A stretch of DNA of 63,991 bases, filler included, from Ionaspis alba (lineage: Eukaryota), in assembly GCA_964255285.1 (NCBI GenBank). It is 4 parts of 4 records of this genome, joined end to end, with 100 filler letters (N's around TTAATTAATTAA, not from the genome) between each part and the next. Parts side by side here need not be neighbours in the genome. Positions count along the whole stretch, not along the records: positions 17,293 to 34,403 come from CAXUUL010000328.1; positions 34,504 to 51,520 come from CAXUUL010000329.1; 2 more parts are not named here. The stretch is one strand, 5' to 3'. Made by a program: the position numbers and the translations under genes. The notes under the pieces were generated by a model. It was not told where the DNA came from. It was given only the letters and a program-made list of their open reading frames with translations, and did not search any database. Positions within the stretch are counted from its first letter, which is position 1. Each line of letters opens with the position of its first letter. Shown here one piece after another: positions 25,001 to 38,230 of this stretch.

Positions 25001-27572
25001 CGTAGAAAGGTATATATCTCTACTTTACATTACACCGGAGATGATCAGCAAGAGTCAGGTCATTGTTGGAGCCTTCCGTGACCTGCACAGGCGAAATCAA
25101 CTCGCTCGGATTGTCATTGATGAGGCACATTGTGTTAGTCAATGGGGTCATGACTTTCGGCCTGATTATAAGCTTCTTGGAGAGGTTCGGCAGCAATTTA
25201 GGGGAGTCCCTGTCATGGCCTTGACGGCTACTGCCACGGAGAATGTCAAGGTCGATGTCATTCACAACCTAGGCATGAAGAACTGCGAGATATTTACGCA
25301 GAGTTTTAATAGACCGAACCTAATGTACGAAGTTCGAAGCAAAGGCAAGGCCAAAGATGTTCTTGAGGGAATTGCCAATACAATAAGTACCTCGTACAAA
25401 AATCAATCAGGTATTGTATACTGTTTATCCCGGCAGACCTGTGAGACTATAGCAGAAAAGCTGCGAAAGGAGTACAACATCAAGGCACACCACTATCATG
25501 CTGGAATGGATCCAGCAGAAAAGACGTTGATTCAGAAACAATGGCAAGCGGGGCGATATAACGTGATCGTAGCCACCATCGCCTTTGGGATGGGTATCGA
25601 CAAAGCTGATGTACGGTTCGTTTTCCACCACTCTATTCCCAAAAGCTTGGAAGGCTACTACCAAGAGACCGGTCGAGCTGGCCGTGACGGGAAGCGTTCG
25701 GGCTGCTTCCTGTATTATGGCTACCAAGACACTAGTGCTCTGAAGAGAATGATCGACGACGGAGAAGGTAGTTGGGAGCAAAAGGAGAGACAACGACAAA
25801 TGCTGCGAAACGTTGTACAATTCTGTGAGAACAGGAGTGATTGCCGCAGAGTGCAGGTACTCAACTACTTCAATGAGTCTTTCCGACGTGAGGACTGCAA
25901 CGGCGCTTGTGACAATTGCAATTCCAACAGCACTTTTGAGAGTCAAGACTTCACTGAACACGCCATTGCAGCCATCGAGCTCGTTAGAAATATTGAACGT
26001 GACAATGTCACTCTACTTCACTGTGTCGATGTTTTTCGAGGAAGTAGAAACAAAAAAATTATGGATCTGAATCACAACAGCTTGGCGAGTTATGGTGCCG
26101 GTTCAACCCTCGACAGAGGGGAGATTGAACGACTCTTCTACAGGCTACTGAGTGAGGACGCTTTGACGGAACGTAATGTGGTTAACAAAGCCGGATTTGC
26201 GTCCCAGTATCTCCATGTATGTGCATTTCAAATGTCGAAACTGCAGGAGTTGACAGCTAACAATTGCTTGCCTAGGTCGGTAAGACTTGGACCGATTTCA
26301 CACGTGGCCGTCGCAAGCTCAAGATACAGGTCCGCCTTTCGCCAGATGGAAAAGGCAAAGGACTTAAGAAGCTTGCCCGATTCAGGGAAACAGGTGTGCC
26401 TGCGTCTCGGAGGGAGCATCCCCAGTCTACCAATGTGTCTTCTCCAGTTCAAAGCAAGTTTCGACGCAGGAACCCACAGATTGGGACACGCGAAGAAGAA
26501 TCCGTCTTACATAGGAATGGCTACGAGCGCGACGAGTTTGTCGTCAGTGACGGAGACTGTCATGACAATGGAGAGAGCGACGACGACGATGCGTTCGAGC
26601 CGATTCGGGAGGCAGGAAGGCCTGTGCAATCTAGGAAACGCCCGCTTGGACCGCCCATTACCACTGATGAGAAGCTTGACCGATTGAACGAGACACATCG
26701 GATGGTAATCGAAGACTTTATGATCAGCGCGAGAAAGGAGTGCGAAAGGGTGAGTTTTGGTGTCCTGTGAGTTAGAGCCGCGGATGTTGAACTCATCTGT
26801 CCAGATCTTGATGTCGAAGAATTTGAGAGTCAAACCCTTCACAGACTCAGTACTAAGGGAGATGGCCATTAGTTTCCCAAAAGGTAGGCCAATTTGGCAA
26901 AACCCTGTCTTTGTCATACTCATACATCACAGACGAGAAGGAGATGCTAGAAATTCCAGGCATTGACCCGGACAAAGTCCAACGTTACGGCAAAAGGCTT
27001 CTAAAGCTTGTTCGATCGTCTCAGCAAGGTTATGAGTCTATGATGCGCCAGCGGGAGGATCGGCCACAAGACCCGAACCATCAAAATGTCATAGACATCA
27101 GTAGTGACGACGATACTAATGACTACGATGGCTCGGAAGACTTCGAGGATGCTGATGGACAACAAGACGAGCGAAGTGCCTATTTCAGGCCCCCAGCCGA
27201 GGTTGAGGCTTTCAATGCCCAATGTACGCCGAGTCTCTCGTTTTTGCGGCTGCTCCTCTTCTGATTCCTTTTTTAGTCTCTCGGATTCGCAGTATGCCGC
27301 CACCAGCTGTCCCACGAGCCCAACCACAAATCCGCGACGTCGATTCCCGTAAAAGAGGACGTGGTACTTTTCGAAGCAGTTCTCGCGGTGGGTTCAAAGC
27401 CAGGCGGAAAGTATCGGGAGGCTCCGGCAAAAATAAGGTCTCTACTAGTGTTTCAAAGCAGAGACACTCTTCTAACAGGACGAGCGGCACCGGTTATGGA
27501 TCGGCATCATCGCGACACGCCGGGGGTCCTGGTGGCCATGGTGGTGGAGGAATTGGCATGATGCCTACGTAA
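22055..27572 (+). CDS. SGS1: RecQ family DNA helicase (Sgs1/BLM/MusN) with RQC and HRDC domains
   Basis: N-terminal MTKNNLKENLNWLL; motif I MPTGGGKSLCYQ; DEAHCVSQWGHDFRPDY; ATIAFGMGIDK; YYQETGRAGRDG; RQC zinc cysteines CRR...CNGACDNC; HRDC (LREMA...IPGIDPDKV). Introns start near 22491, 26217, 26750, 26884 and 27224. Confidence 0.96.
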
Positions 27573-27999
27573 GACTTATTTGGAAGTGTAAAGGTAGTAC
27601 TTCCTAATTATGCTCTTCTATGCTTTTGACCGTACAGTTCTATTGCTAGCTCGTGAATAAGAATTGTGTTGGATTATTTCCTACGGCGAGCTTGAGAAGG
27701 CTAGGTGGTCAGTCGTAACGAGGTTTACTTGAAGTATGAGCTCCTGAGTTACCATTCTATATTAAGATCTACAGGAAAGCTTCTTCTTCAGATCAACGAG
27801 TTGACGTTGAACCTTCCATACTCCTGTGTTATCGAAGAATCGTAGTCAAGGAAATCGCGACTTTCCGCATTTGGTGTTGTTTACGTTTTCTCTCTCGCCA
27901 AACTCTGTTTCATATTCTCAACGACGTTCGAACGTTCATTTCCACTCTCAAGTTTCTACTACTTTCTGAACTAGAGATTTTCATGCTGAAACAGGCACA

Positions 28000-30900
28000 A
28001 TGGCAAGGATGCCACTTTCAGAGATCTCGGTCAACTTTATCGGAAAAGATGCCAATACCACGATGTTTTCAGACAGTCAGACTGAAAGCATTGTCAAGTC
28101 GTACACAGAGAGAGACCCAGAACGTGAATCAACGCCATCTGCCATCCAGAGCATGCTAAAGAACGCCACCGAGACTGGAAACGTTGGTCAATTCGCCACT
28201 AAACCAACGCGTATACCACACCCAGCTCCAGACTCGAATCTCCGGAAACCTAGGCTTCATCATGGTCCTGATGGTTTAGCCGTTTATCAATCAAGAAGGG
28301 TACCAACGCGAGAGCGTCCTCGCCGGCGTCGTTGTATGAGCGGAGGACAAGACTCTCTGCAATCCTGCAGAGGAACAAATGGATTCAGCGTAATTTCAAT
28401 GCAACGAAGCGGAAGCCAAAGGTCAGTCCATCCCCATATTTATCAAGATCAGAACAAGGACCAGCATACGTTTTCGATGTCGCAAGGTTCTCAAATCGGC
28501 TACAGTCTATCAAATCATCAGTCATACGCAAACCTGAGACCTCGATCTCCCTTCGCATATCCGACAAGGTTAAAGCGTCCAGGTTATCGACCGTCCTCAC
28601 CGGCTCTTACCGACTTCAATGGTACAGACGTCAGGACACATGTAGGCTTTGAAGTGGGTGTAGGATCCCGAAGCTTCTCCCCGCTCTCTCGGAACACCAT
28701 GGCAAAGATTGCCCCCGGCTATCCTCTCATCACTAACAGGTCGCTCCCATCTTTACAAAGCTCCCCCCCGCTGTTCACAAGGTCCCGTCATCGATCGGTA
28801 AGAACACCAACCACACCTATGCGAAGCCCTGCGATGAGGCCACTCTCAAACCACAGCATGAGGTCTTTTAGCAACGAAATTCGCCGCAATCATTCTCATA
28901 CTAGCTTTTGGAGGGGAGCGCAATCGCCGTCCCCATCTCCAATATACTACGACTACACCGAAGGTTTTGACGAACAACATCATTTGCACAGCTCGATTGT
29001 CTCCATTGCCTCATTAATGGAGAAGTCAGTGGTGGAGACGCAGTCGCAAGACACTGTACATGAACTTGACGGGAATCCGGCTGAAAATAAAAATCCAATG
29101 GCAACTCATGGTGAAGTGAATGATACCCAAGTTTGCAAAGCCTTGAATGAAGCGGAAAGTCCTTCCCCAGCGACAGCTCCTAGTCACTTTCTGGCTCAGA
29201 TGCGTGAATGGGAAAGCGAGGAAACTGATTGTGTCACAAGACCTACGAACACCGAAAATTTAATGGCCATGGGCAGATTTCATCAACATGATAGCCATGA
29301 ACCAGATCAATCCTTTCACAGTGAGGACACGCCGATTGGCAGTACGACGGGTCACCATATTCTGTCATCATCTAGACGCCGTCGCTATGGCGAACACTTT
29401 TTGTCACACCTCAAACGCCCTGCACGAGAAGCAGAAAGCACTTCTATTATGGTTCATAAGACACACTCGCAAGGTCCGTCATCAATCCTACTCGAGCCTT
29501 TCCCGTCGGCCCAGGAGCATATCGAGGATGGCCGGTTTGTTGTGTTCCGAGCACAGACTAGACCTGCATCTATAGTTCGGATGATCCCTACACTGAGCCC
29601 TGGCCAGGCGAATCTTGGCAGAAACAAGCAGGAGGTGCCGACACAGCGGCCATTGCAAACGGGACTGCCACAAGAAATGTTCGGCGCGGCCAACACAGAG
29701 ATCTATGCACCCATCCCAAAACGCTCCACGTCCACTCGAAGCCGCGAGGACAGATTCAGTCGGATCTTCTCGATCGAGGATATGATCATAGAGCCCGATC
29801 AAGCTATGTTGAGAGCCGAAGTGGCAGATCGAGCTCAGAGAAAACCCTCCTCTAGAGAGGTGCCGGTTGCGGCCAGTGATAACATAGAAAGTCATTCCGC
29901 ACTATCACTCGCACTGAGTCCGTGCTCCAGCAACTACTCGACGAAGCAAGTGAGTGGAGGTGAATCCGAAAGAGGAGGTTCAACGTCCGGTGCGGCTCTC
30001 GATTACTTGGTCGAATGCCATAATGAGCAAGAAGAAGGGAGATCAAAGAGCCTCTTGATACGCCCGAGACAGAGCATTTCAAGAGAAGGTCTTCGGTGTG
30101 CCGATGGCCAATCGTTTTCATGGCGACTCCGAGATGAGCCAAGTCCTGGTCGATATGTAAAGAAATCCAGCCGGAAGGAGAAAGAAAATGCGTCTCAGAA
30201 TCCACACCAGTCAGATATTGCGGATCCGTTTCAGCTCTCGCCATTAAATAGAAGTTTCAAACAGATTCCGCACGAAGCGATACCGAAACGAAGTTCTTCC
30301 AAGGTCAGTATTAACGCGCACCACCATGCTTTGAGATCAACAGTGCAAAACCAGAATGAACCACGCGCAATGCCTTTACTCGAAGCAGCCACAGTCGTAC
30401 CGTGGGAATTTGACGAACCGCCATCACAGCAGGAGATCTCTATTGCTAAGTACAAACTTGGAACGAGATTTGAGAACAAATCTACCTCTTCTCTACCAGA
30501 TTCCCGGTCAGCAAACCTCGACTCAAGCTTCTCCTGGGTAAACCAGTCAGATCATATCGACGTCGTCCAACCGCGTCTCAGGCGTGTAGATACAACTCAA
30601 GCTAATCAGACACCAAAGTTCAGACTGAAGGTCACTAGAGCGTCAAATTCGACGGGCGGCACTGTCAAGGTCACAAAGAGAGAAATGTGGGTAACCTTAG
30701 CTGTATCTAGAATCGCCTGGCTGACTAATCATTTTGGAGTAGGGACTCTATTCGTAACCCAATCTCCGAGAGTCCTGGAAGATCTTCACAACAGGCCGAG
30801 ATACACGCCAATTCTGCGGCTGTACAGACTCGCTTCACTGAAGAAATCGATCGAATGTCACCGTGGGCGCCGCAAATCAGCCTTCGGCCACCGTCGCCAA

Positions 30901-31298
30901 CACTGCATTTCGCCGATGTCCGCAGTTTCTTCTCGGATGATAGCTCGAACCAAGAGCCTAGAGGAAGTCTTCGACATCGCTTCTCGCAGTTCAAAGCCAT
31001 CGCAAGCCGAGCAGGTTCTCTCGACGACCTCCGGATTGCTGAGCGCAGACAAGCGATGGCATATGGAAAATCCAAGATTGGACGCCGAAATAGTGTTCGC
31101 AATGGCGGTCATTCTAGTCTGACGAGCGGAGGAACTACCGAGGGTATGTCGAAGTTCAAGTATGCGAAATTTAAGATGCGACGAAAGGTCAAGGTTTGGT
31201 GGCACCTGGGAGAGGAGAAGTTAAGGGATATAGGAGGAAGGATGAAGAGAGGAAAGAAAAGGTCCGAAAGCGCGGCCGGTCTATACGCCGGCGTTTGA
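28000..31298 (+). CDS. Large, mostly disordered Ser/Pro/Arg-rich hypothetical protein (about 1080 aa, 2 exons)
   Basis: 1040-codon ORF. Phase-2 intron 30687-30742 (GTGGGT...GCTGAC...TAG) joins it in frame to the 30855-31298 ORF. No domain recognised. Confidence 0.8.
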
Positions 31299-31935
31299 CG
31301 GTCAAGGTGTCCGAGGATGTATGAAACGTGATCCACCTACTTATCAGGGACAATGGCTTGACTGTTCTTCCCTTTTTACCTGCATCGCCGCTTGCTCCTA
31401 ATCCTACATTTCGGAAAACAAGGTACTAGTGATCATCCAGAAAGACTAGCTAGGTGTATTGGAGGACGATATTGCTACTTCGTTCATAATAAGATCCAAA
31501 GACGTCGAGAACCAGGAGGAAGTAGAAAGGCTAACGGGAATAAAGCCTAGTATAGTTGGGGAATAGCACCATGCTAGTGGCCGTTTACTGAATATTGTTT
31601 CAGCGATTGTTTAGGACTATCATCTAGGAAGAGTCAGCTTGAATTCGGCTTCTTGTTTAGTATAACCCACCTCTATGTAGACGCGCATACGGTGGATGAG
31701 TTTCCTGGAGTTCGCTCGATGAGCAAGTATGTTCCCAAGATCAATCGCTGAGGTATGACTCTCTGGTACGGCATCCTGCCTTAGCCCCTTTTGACCATAG
31801 GGTATCATTCACAACGTAATGCGAGCAATGATGTAGGAGGCCAAGAAAAGGATAGCGATAAAAATGGTTGTAGAAAGCTTGTTGACTTGTTCCTGCTATG
31901 AGACCGTGGGCACCTTGAGCAAGGAACGTACGTGT

Positions 31936-34193
31936 CTAGAAGACCTAGTAGCAGTGTTAACGACCTTTCTCTCTAATGTTCCAGTATGTGAAGATCACAC
32001 TTACAGCGCCACCAATGATGAAAATTCTTTCCTCCTCACGCCGAACCCACTGCACCACCTTGTTGGCGCTCTGCGTCAAAGCGTTCCTGCTAGCGCTAGG
32101 GCCAGCCACGCAGTACAACTCGAATACTGGCGTTACCCAAGCTAAGGAAATCGATTCGCGACTCACGCAGTGGTGAACCTTGAGGTGGGACATCTTAGCG
32201 TGAACGCTGGCATGCAGGGTGTGGTACAGTGAGAGTAATCTGGTTAGAGTGTCAGATGAGAAAATTGGAGACATGATAGAGACCCAAATTACCTTCGACG
32301 AGCCAGTAGGGTGGTGTAATGTGGCTCATAGGAAGGCATTACGAATTGAAGATTTCCTCGAGACTTGTAGAGGAAATGTCGAAGGACTGTGCCAGGAATG
32401 AGATCAGTAGTGGCAGGTCTGCCTCGGAGGACTGCGATTTTTATGGTCGACATGCTGCCGTTCTTTTCGAGCTCCTAGCCACGTTCAGTGTCTCCATGAG
32501 TAGTATCTGCTTGTATAGCCCACTAACCCTAACGACAGTGTCGCGCATTTGCCGAAGTTCGTAGAAGCTCTCCTTATTGGCACTGATCAGGAGGATAGCG
32601 ACTTGATCCTCCTTAGAATCCTCGTTGCTAACATCTCCTGACTCCCTCTCACCGTCGTGGATGTTCAAGAAGCTCACGTACATGTAAAGATAGCCATTCT
32701 TGTTGAAGCCGGGTAAGCACATCGGAATCCAGTTTTCTCCACCGCCTGCTTTGACGCCGTCGGCTTCGAACAGCATATTGAAGATCAGCTGCAGATCACC
32801 TGGATGAAGTGAATGTGACCGAGGTCTGATAACGCTAACTAATCGTCCACCTGCAACGATCAAGCCATAGAGAAGAGTGCTGCATTTCGCTTTCAATACA
32901 GTTGAATTGATGAGCTGTCGATGAAACTTGCGAATCCTCAAGCACTCGAGAGCAGACAACAGTGTAGGTGGAGAACCACGTGTGAAGGAATCTGCCAGTG
33001 CAGAAAGTAACGACTCAGTACCTTGAAGGGGGCGTCTTAGGTCGGTAGACGGCCGATTTGAGAAGAGATGCGTCAAATTCGGCAAAGTCAAAGTAGAAAG
33101 AATTTGCATATATAAGGCTTCAAGCTGGACACGAAGTTGTGCATCGCTTTCGTCAAGCTTGCTGATGGCGGCAAGATGAAGAGGCCCGCGAGTCATGACA
33201 ACGAATCTGGCATCCGCTGCAGTGAAGCCTCTCAAAGGATCCTGGGCCCCCTCGTAGAAAGAGATAATGGTCTGGATGACTCCAATATAGCCAGATATCA
33301 GATTGTCGTCGCCGTGACGATTATAAATTGGCTTGCCTGCAGATGACAAAATCAAAAAATGCTTGCGTTTGGATCTCCAAATCTTCAATAGCTCTTCTGC
33401 GCGATAGAGTCAACAATCTAGTACTATAGCTTGTGATAAAAGAGCTTGACACCAAGCTCTACATACCTTCATTCTCACCATTCGGAGCCAACGCTCCCAA
33501 CTCATCAAAATCACGACTGAAGTCTGCTGTAGGCTCCTCTTCATCGTAAGGCATCAGGTCGAACGGGTTGAGTTTTTCAACTTGGTTACTCAAAAGCTGC
33601 CACGCCGGACTCACTTGATTAGACCCAAGTACATCGCCCAGCAGACTCTCAACGTCTACACCTTCAAGGGTCGGCCCATAGCTCTTGACGCTCGCGGAAT
33701 CATCGGCTTCACTCCCAGCACAGCTCCTCCGTTTGCCCTTTGGACTCTTGAATCCAAAGGACTTACGGGACGGTGTTGATCTGGTTGAGCTTGCGTAAGT
33801 CTCCCGTAGGCCGTCGCCATACGACTGCGTTTGGATATCTGTCAAAGAGATGGCTGTTGTGGCGTTGGATTGTACTTGTGGCCCCTTGGAACTCATCGGT
33901 ATTTGCAGTGTCTTGTTCGATACTCTCTGATCTTCACCGAATAAACCGAGATTCCGGGGTCGAGGGGGTAGAGGAGGTCTCTCTCCTTCGTCGGATTTGT
34001 TGCTTCCATCGTTCGTGGAGACCATAGAAGACCTCTCGGTAGCTAAATGTACTGCATTATTCCCGTTTTCTGAAGCCAGGTGAGGCAGCTGTGGCAGAGT
34101 TTCATTGACATCTTGCTGTGGGGTAGGACCTTGCCTCGTTAACGATTTGATCTCATCGACAGCGATAATTGATCGGGCATCTTCGGCGCCCAT
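31936..34193 (-). CDS. MON1: Vacuolar fusion protein Mon1 (SAND family, subunit of the Ypt7/Rab7 GEF)
   Basis: [46 protein letters not shown]-terminal [13 protein letters not shown]. Four introns. Confidence 0.94.
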
Positions 34194-34403
34194 GTATGAC
34201 TGCTTCCTCAATAGTCATGAAGCTCATTGATATCGGTGTTGGACATAGGATCTGACGCGGCAGAAGTGGGTGGTTACTCCCGACATCATCGTTTCAAATG
34301 TTGTGTGGTTGATCCTCGCAAGACACGAAATACCGTTCAGGCAGCTACAATATAATGCGTTTCAACCAGTCCCATACGCGTGCCTCCGAAATGTCTCATT
34401 ATT

Positions 34404-34503
34404 NNNNNNNNNNNNNNNNNNNNNNNNNNNNNNNNNNNNNNNNNNNNTTAATTAATTAANNNNNNNNNNNNNNNNNNNNNNNNNNNNNNNNNNNNNNNNN
34501 NNN
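34404..34503. other. Assembly gap with artificial TTAATTAATTAA linker
   Basis: 44 N + linker + 44 N. Confidence 0.97.
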
Positions 34504-34749
34504 ATCCTATTATGGACTAGCCGATGACTGTGACTGTGATCCTCCCGAGGCGCTTCGCTGTGTTGGTGTCGATTTCGGCAAACAGTGCAAAAGTCTTCTA
34601 CGTCACTGTCAGAGGGTTTGAGGTCCATCGAAATCGCAATCACTACCGGCAGCTGTTTCAAACGCATCTACTTCTCCCTCAATCCGCATATCGGGCGCGC
34701 TCGCGTGGAATAATATCCAGCAGCTCTTCACTTTGAGGACACTACGACA

Positions 34750-35568
34750 ATGCATCTCCCAACGATGCTACCCGTCTTCCTCATACCTTTTGCAGCCTCC
34801 ATTTCCACACCTCCCCAGCACGTATTCTCGAATCCACCTTCAACATTGCCGTCTTCCCTTCGAATCCCCACGGTCCACGAGTCCGCCATACAAGCCCGAC
34901 GTGTGCTACACCTTTCGTCAATCACCACACTATCCACCGTGTTTCCCTCTGCAACTTCACTAGAGAATCGCCCCGCACACATGGACGGTGTGCCCATTGG
35001 ATTGATGGATTATTATGCATCATGCTCACCTCGAACATATGAACCCACAATCCTTGCGATCAGCATAGCAACGAGCTTCAAAAATACAGCCGCTGGCTCC
35101 AATATCACCCTTAGTCTTCGTTATCATCCACCCCCAGATCACCCCCCTGCCGATGACATATATACCTATTCTCCCGCGAACATGCCTCGCTTTAGCCTGA
35201 TTGGACACCTGGAAGCAATCCCAGGTACAGAAGTGGAGAAGTACAATGTGAGCGGCTGCTTCTCGGAAAGACATTCGGATGCCAAGGCATGGATGCCGGG
35301 CAATCCAATTCATGAGAGCTGGTGGGGACGGTTGGTTGTGGAGGAAATCTATTGGATTGGAGGATTTGGAGACCGAGCATACATCGGATGGATTCCTGTT
35401 GAGGAATGGAGAGGAGTGACGGATCAAGAGGTTGAAGATTGTCGTTTAGTTGGGGAAAGCAAAAAGGACATTCCGCAAGCCCAGAGAGACCTCAGCACAG
35501 GAGCACGAGAATCCGCAGGAAATTTTGGGGATACCATTGATGAAAGAATCTTGAGGCCACCGCCGTAA
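34750..35568 (+). CDS. Secreted CREG-like / pyridoxamine-5'-phosphate-oxidase-like split-barrel protein
   Basis: Signal peptide; RIPTVHESAIQARRVL, GVPIGLMDYYA, SPANMPRFSLIG, WMPGNPIHES and YWIGGFGDRAYIGWIP. Single exon. Confidence 0.82.
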   Translation: MHLPTMLPVFLIPFAASISTPPQHVFSNPPSTLPSSLRIPTVHESAIQARRVLHLSSITTLSTVFPSATSLENRPAHMDGVPIGLMDYYASCSPRTYEPTILAISIATSFKNTAAGSNITLSLRYHPPPDHPPADDIYTYSPANMPRFSLIGHLEAIPGTEVEKYNVSGCFSERHSDAKAWMPGNPIHESWWGRLVVEEIYWIGGFGDRAYIGWIPVEEWRGVTDQEVEDCRLVGESKKDIPQAQRDLSTGARESAGNFGDTIDERILRPPP

Positions 35569-36270
35569 GCGATAGATGTCCTTGATGGTATGGGGGAGGA
35601 ACCGGCTTTGGATGTAGCATATGCGGCAAAGAGCCCAGCTGTGTATATCGGTTTTATGAAGTGATGATTCTGCACAGTCAAGATGTTTAAACACTCTTGC
35701 TTCCAACTGAAGTGAACACTTGACTTTGAAGATACTCTGCTAGGCAGGTGCACATTGTATCGCGTGAGCCCAAAATTGGCTCATCGGAGCCCAATGCGGG
35801 TAACCAAAAACCCCAAACGAAAAGAAAACAGCGTCACAAGTTTAGCAGCATGACCACGATCGCTAGAATCTAGCTGGTGGGTTTCTCGTATGTAAATCGT
35901 GCTTTTGTGTTTAATGGCTTTGTTATAGGATGCTTTTGGTTTATTTGCCTCAAGCTTCTGCACCCTCGCTTCGACATTTGTTTTAGGGTTCACGAACCTT
36001 GCAGATGACTAATCTCAAAAGCCACTACGAAACAGAGCCAAGTTCGACTCATCCATCTGATCCGTTTACGATTTCGTAGTCTATCACAGTTTTCGCAATC
36101 CACAGGTCAGTACACCCTCCATATTTCAAGCAGAAGACGGTGAGTACGAAAAGAAGCGACGGACAGGTACATGATATGATGACGAATCGGAAAGCTGACG
36201 CTTGTTCGCCACCACATTAGAGCCCACGAACGAAATCTAAAATCCCACTGATTCTCGTTCGACTGCAATC

Positions 36271-36692
36271 ATGGGCAAAGTCCACGGATCGCTCGCTCGT
36301 GCCGGTAAGGTCAAGTCACAGACCCCCAAGGTATGGTTATGTTCCTGTTCCGCACTCCTCCCTTTGTGGCACATCTCTGGATCGACCTCTACAACACCGG
36401 TTGGTGCAGCGCAGCGCAGCAGAGCACAAGCTTTTCCAAATTCCATCATGGGGACATACCGAAGCTGATGATCTCGTTCTTTCAGGTTGAACCACAAGAG
36501 AAGAAGAAAACACCTAAGGGCCGTGCGAAGAAGAGAATAACATATACGCGGCGATTTGTCAACGTCACCATGACCGGGGGAAAGCGAAAGGTATGCAACG
36601 AGTCACCAACCAAACGGGACACGAGTTGGTCTTCACAATTCCCCAGAAAGCTGACCATACCGAAATAGATGAACCCCAACCCAACAACATAA
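36271..36692 (+). CDS. RPS30: 40S ribosomal protein S30 (eS30)
   Basis: Exons 36271-36330 ([20 protein letters not shown]), 36486-36590 (VEPQEKKK...GGKRK) and 36669-36692 (MNPNPTT*), with canonical introns. Confidence 0.97.
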
Positions 36693-38230
36693 ACCTTTCT
36701 CTCCGTGTGAGTGGTGTGTTGCATGCTTATCAGCTGGTAATGCCTGAGAATGAACGAGAAGCTCGCAAAAGACGGGACCAGGTCCGGATAGGCTGTTTAT
36801 GCTCCTTGAGGGTAGGACAGGCGGGCTGCACTCGACCAGGTTACACTAGGTATTGCTTGCAAGCAAGAAGTATCGAAATCCTCAATTCATATTCGTGATA
36901 ACCCTTGTAGGAGTCATGCACATCAAAGTCTGATAACAACTCTGGTTCTCTATTGCACATGTTTGCCTCCCCTGGCCAGTGTCTCTACCCACACCCATGG
37001 AATGATGAGATTGAATAAGTCTATCCAAATGGCTCCATCATGATGGTACTCACTTTCCTGTTCGTCGTGCCATCACAGTATTCTACGCCATCAAGTTCGT
37101 ATCCACAGATCATCGTACTTTCCGATTCCCATGCTCCATCTCTATCCAAACCTTCCAAACTAGCTGCTGGAAGACTCATGCTATAGTCCAAAAATTCCCT
37201 CCCATGGTTGCTAGAGCTAAATCCCGAAAGTACTACGGAATTTCATCATCGGGGCATGATCGTCGTAAATGTCAGGAAAGGACAGATCCTCCACGTTAGC
37301 GGGTATCTGACGTCCCGGATTCTTAGGTGCGTGAAATTTCGTCCAAGAAGAGCCTCATAACCATACACAATGGGAGTAAACGGTGCAAAGCAATTGCCGG
37401 GTGATAGTACTAGTGATCTACATGTAACGCAGATGAAAGACAAGGTAGTGCTGGTACGGATTCGAGCAGTAGAGATTCATCAGTATGGGATCTTCCATAG
37501 GATCTACGCTGTTACTGATCGTCAGGACTTGGCAAAGATAGCCTATGTTTATTTTCGGTCGACCTTGGCTGCATGTGTTCGACTTCGAGGCCAATGAACA
37601 TTTCTTGACCTGGGTTTTGAGAAAGGACGATACTCAAGTCTGTCCAGCACCGAGAGCTCCAACCTCGCTTGATTCGGCTAGCACTTGCATGGCCTTAGGC
37701 TAATGCCCGGAAGAGTCGAAGGGAAATTGATCATAGTGATACGACGAGTATAAGCACAGTTTAGCTCTCGCCTGAGAAGAGCCTTGAGGAAGGAAGAGAA
37801 CGTGTCTATGGGATCTAGAAGCCGCCCCGAACTTTTCTAGAGCTAAATCTAGTGCATAAATCTCACCAAGGAGATGTGACCGGCCCCAGGCACGGGAAAT
37901 GAATAGTAGAGTATCTGGTCTACTTTTTTGAAACAATGCGGCCATTGGCAATGCCGGATGAATGGTAGAAAGGAAGTTCTCATGTTCTGCCAGCTTCCCG
38001 TCAGTCTCGATAGCCATCAATAATCACATAGGTCACGAGGGATTTTCCACACAAGATTTCCGAATCCGTCAGATGAGAAATAACGCCAGCACATGCCATA
38101 GGGGTATCGGAAGAGCAATCGTAGTTCGTAGCAACGCCAGTAAAGGGTGGGCGGCCGTGATAGCCATATGTACGTGTACGGATGTTGCTTCGGAATGTAC
38201 GGCGCACGTGGGAACCTTGCAAGGTTGTTT

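Noticed and set aside
22464..26687. The 1407-aa ORF as the complete RecQ protein
   Set aside because: Both ends run through introns; the gene starts at 22055 and continues through the HRDC exons to 27572.
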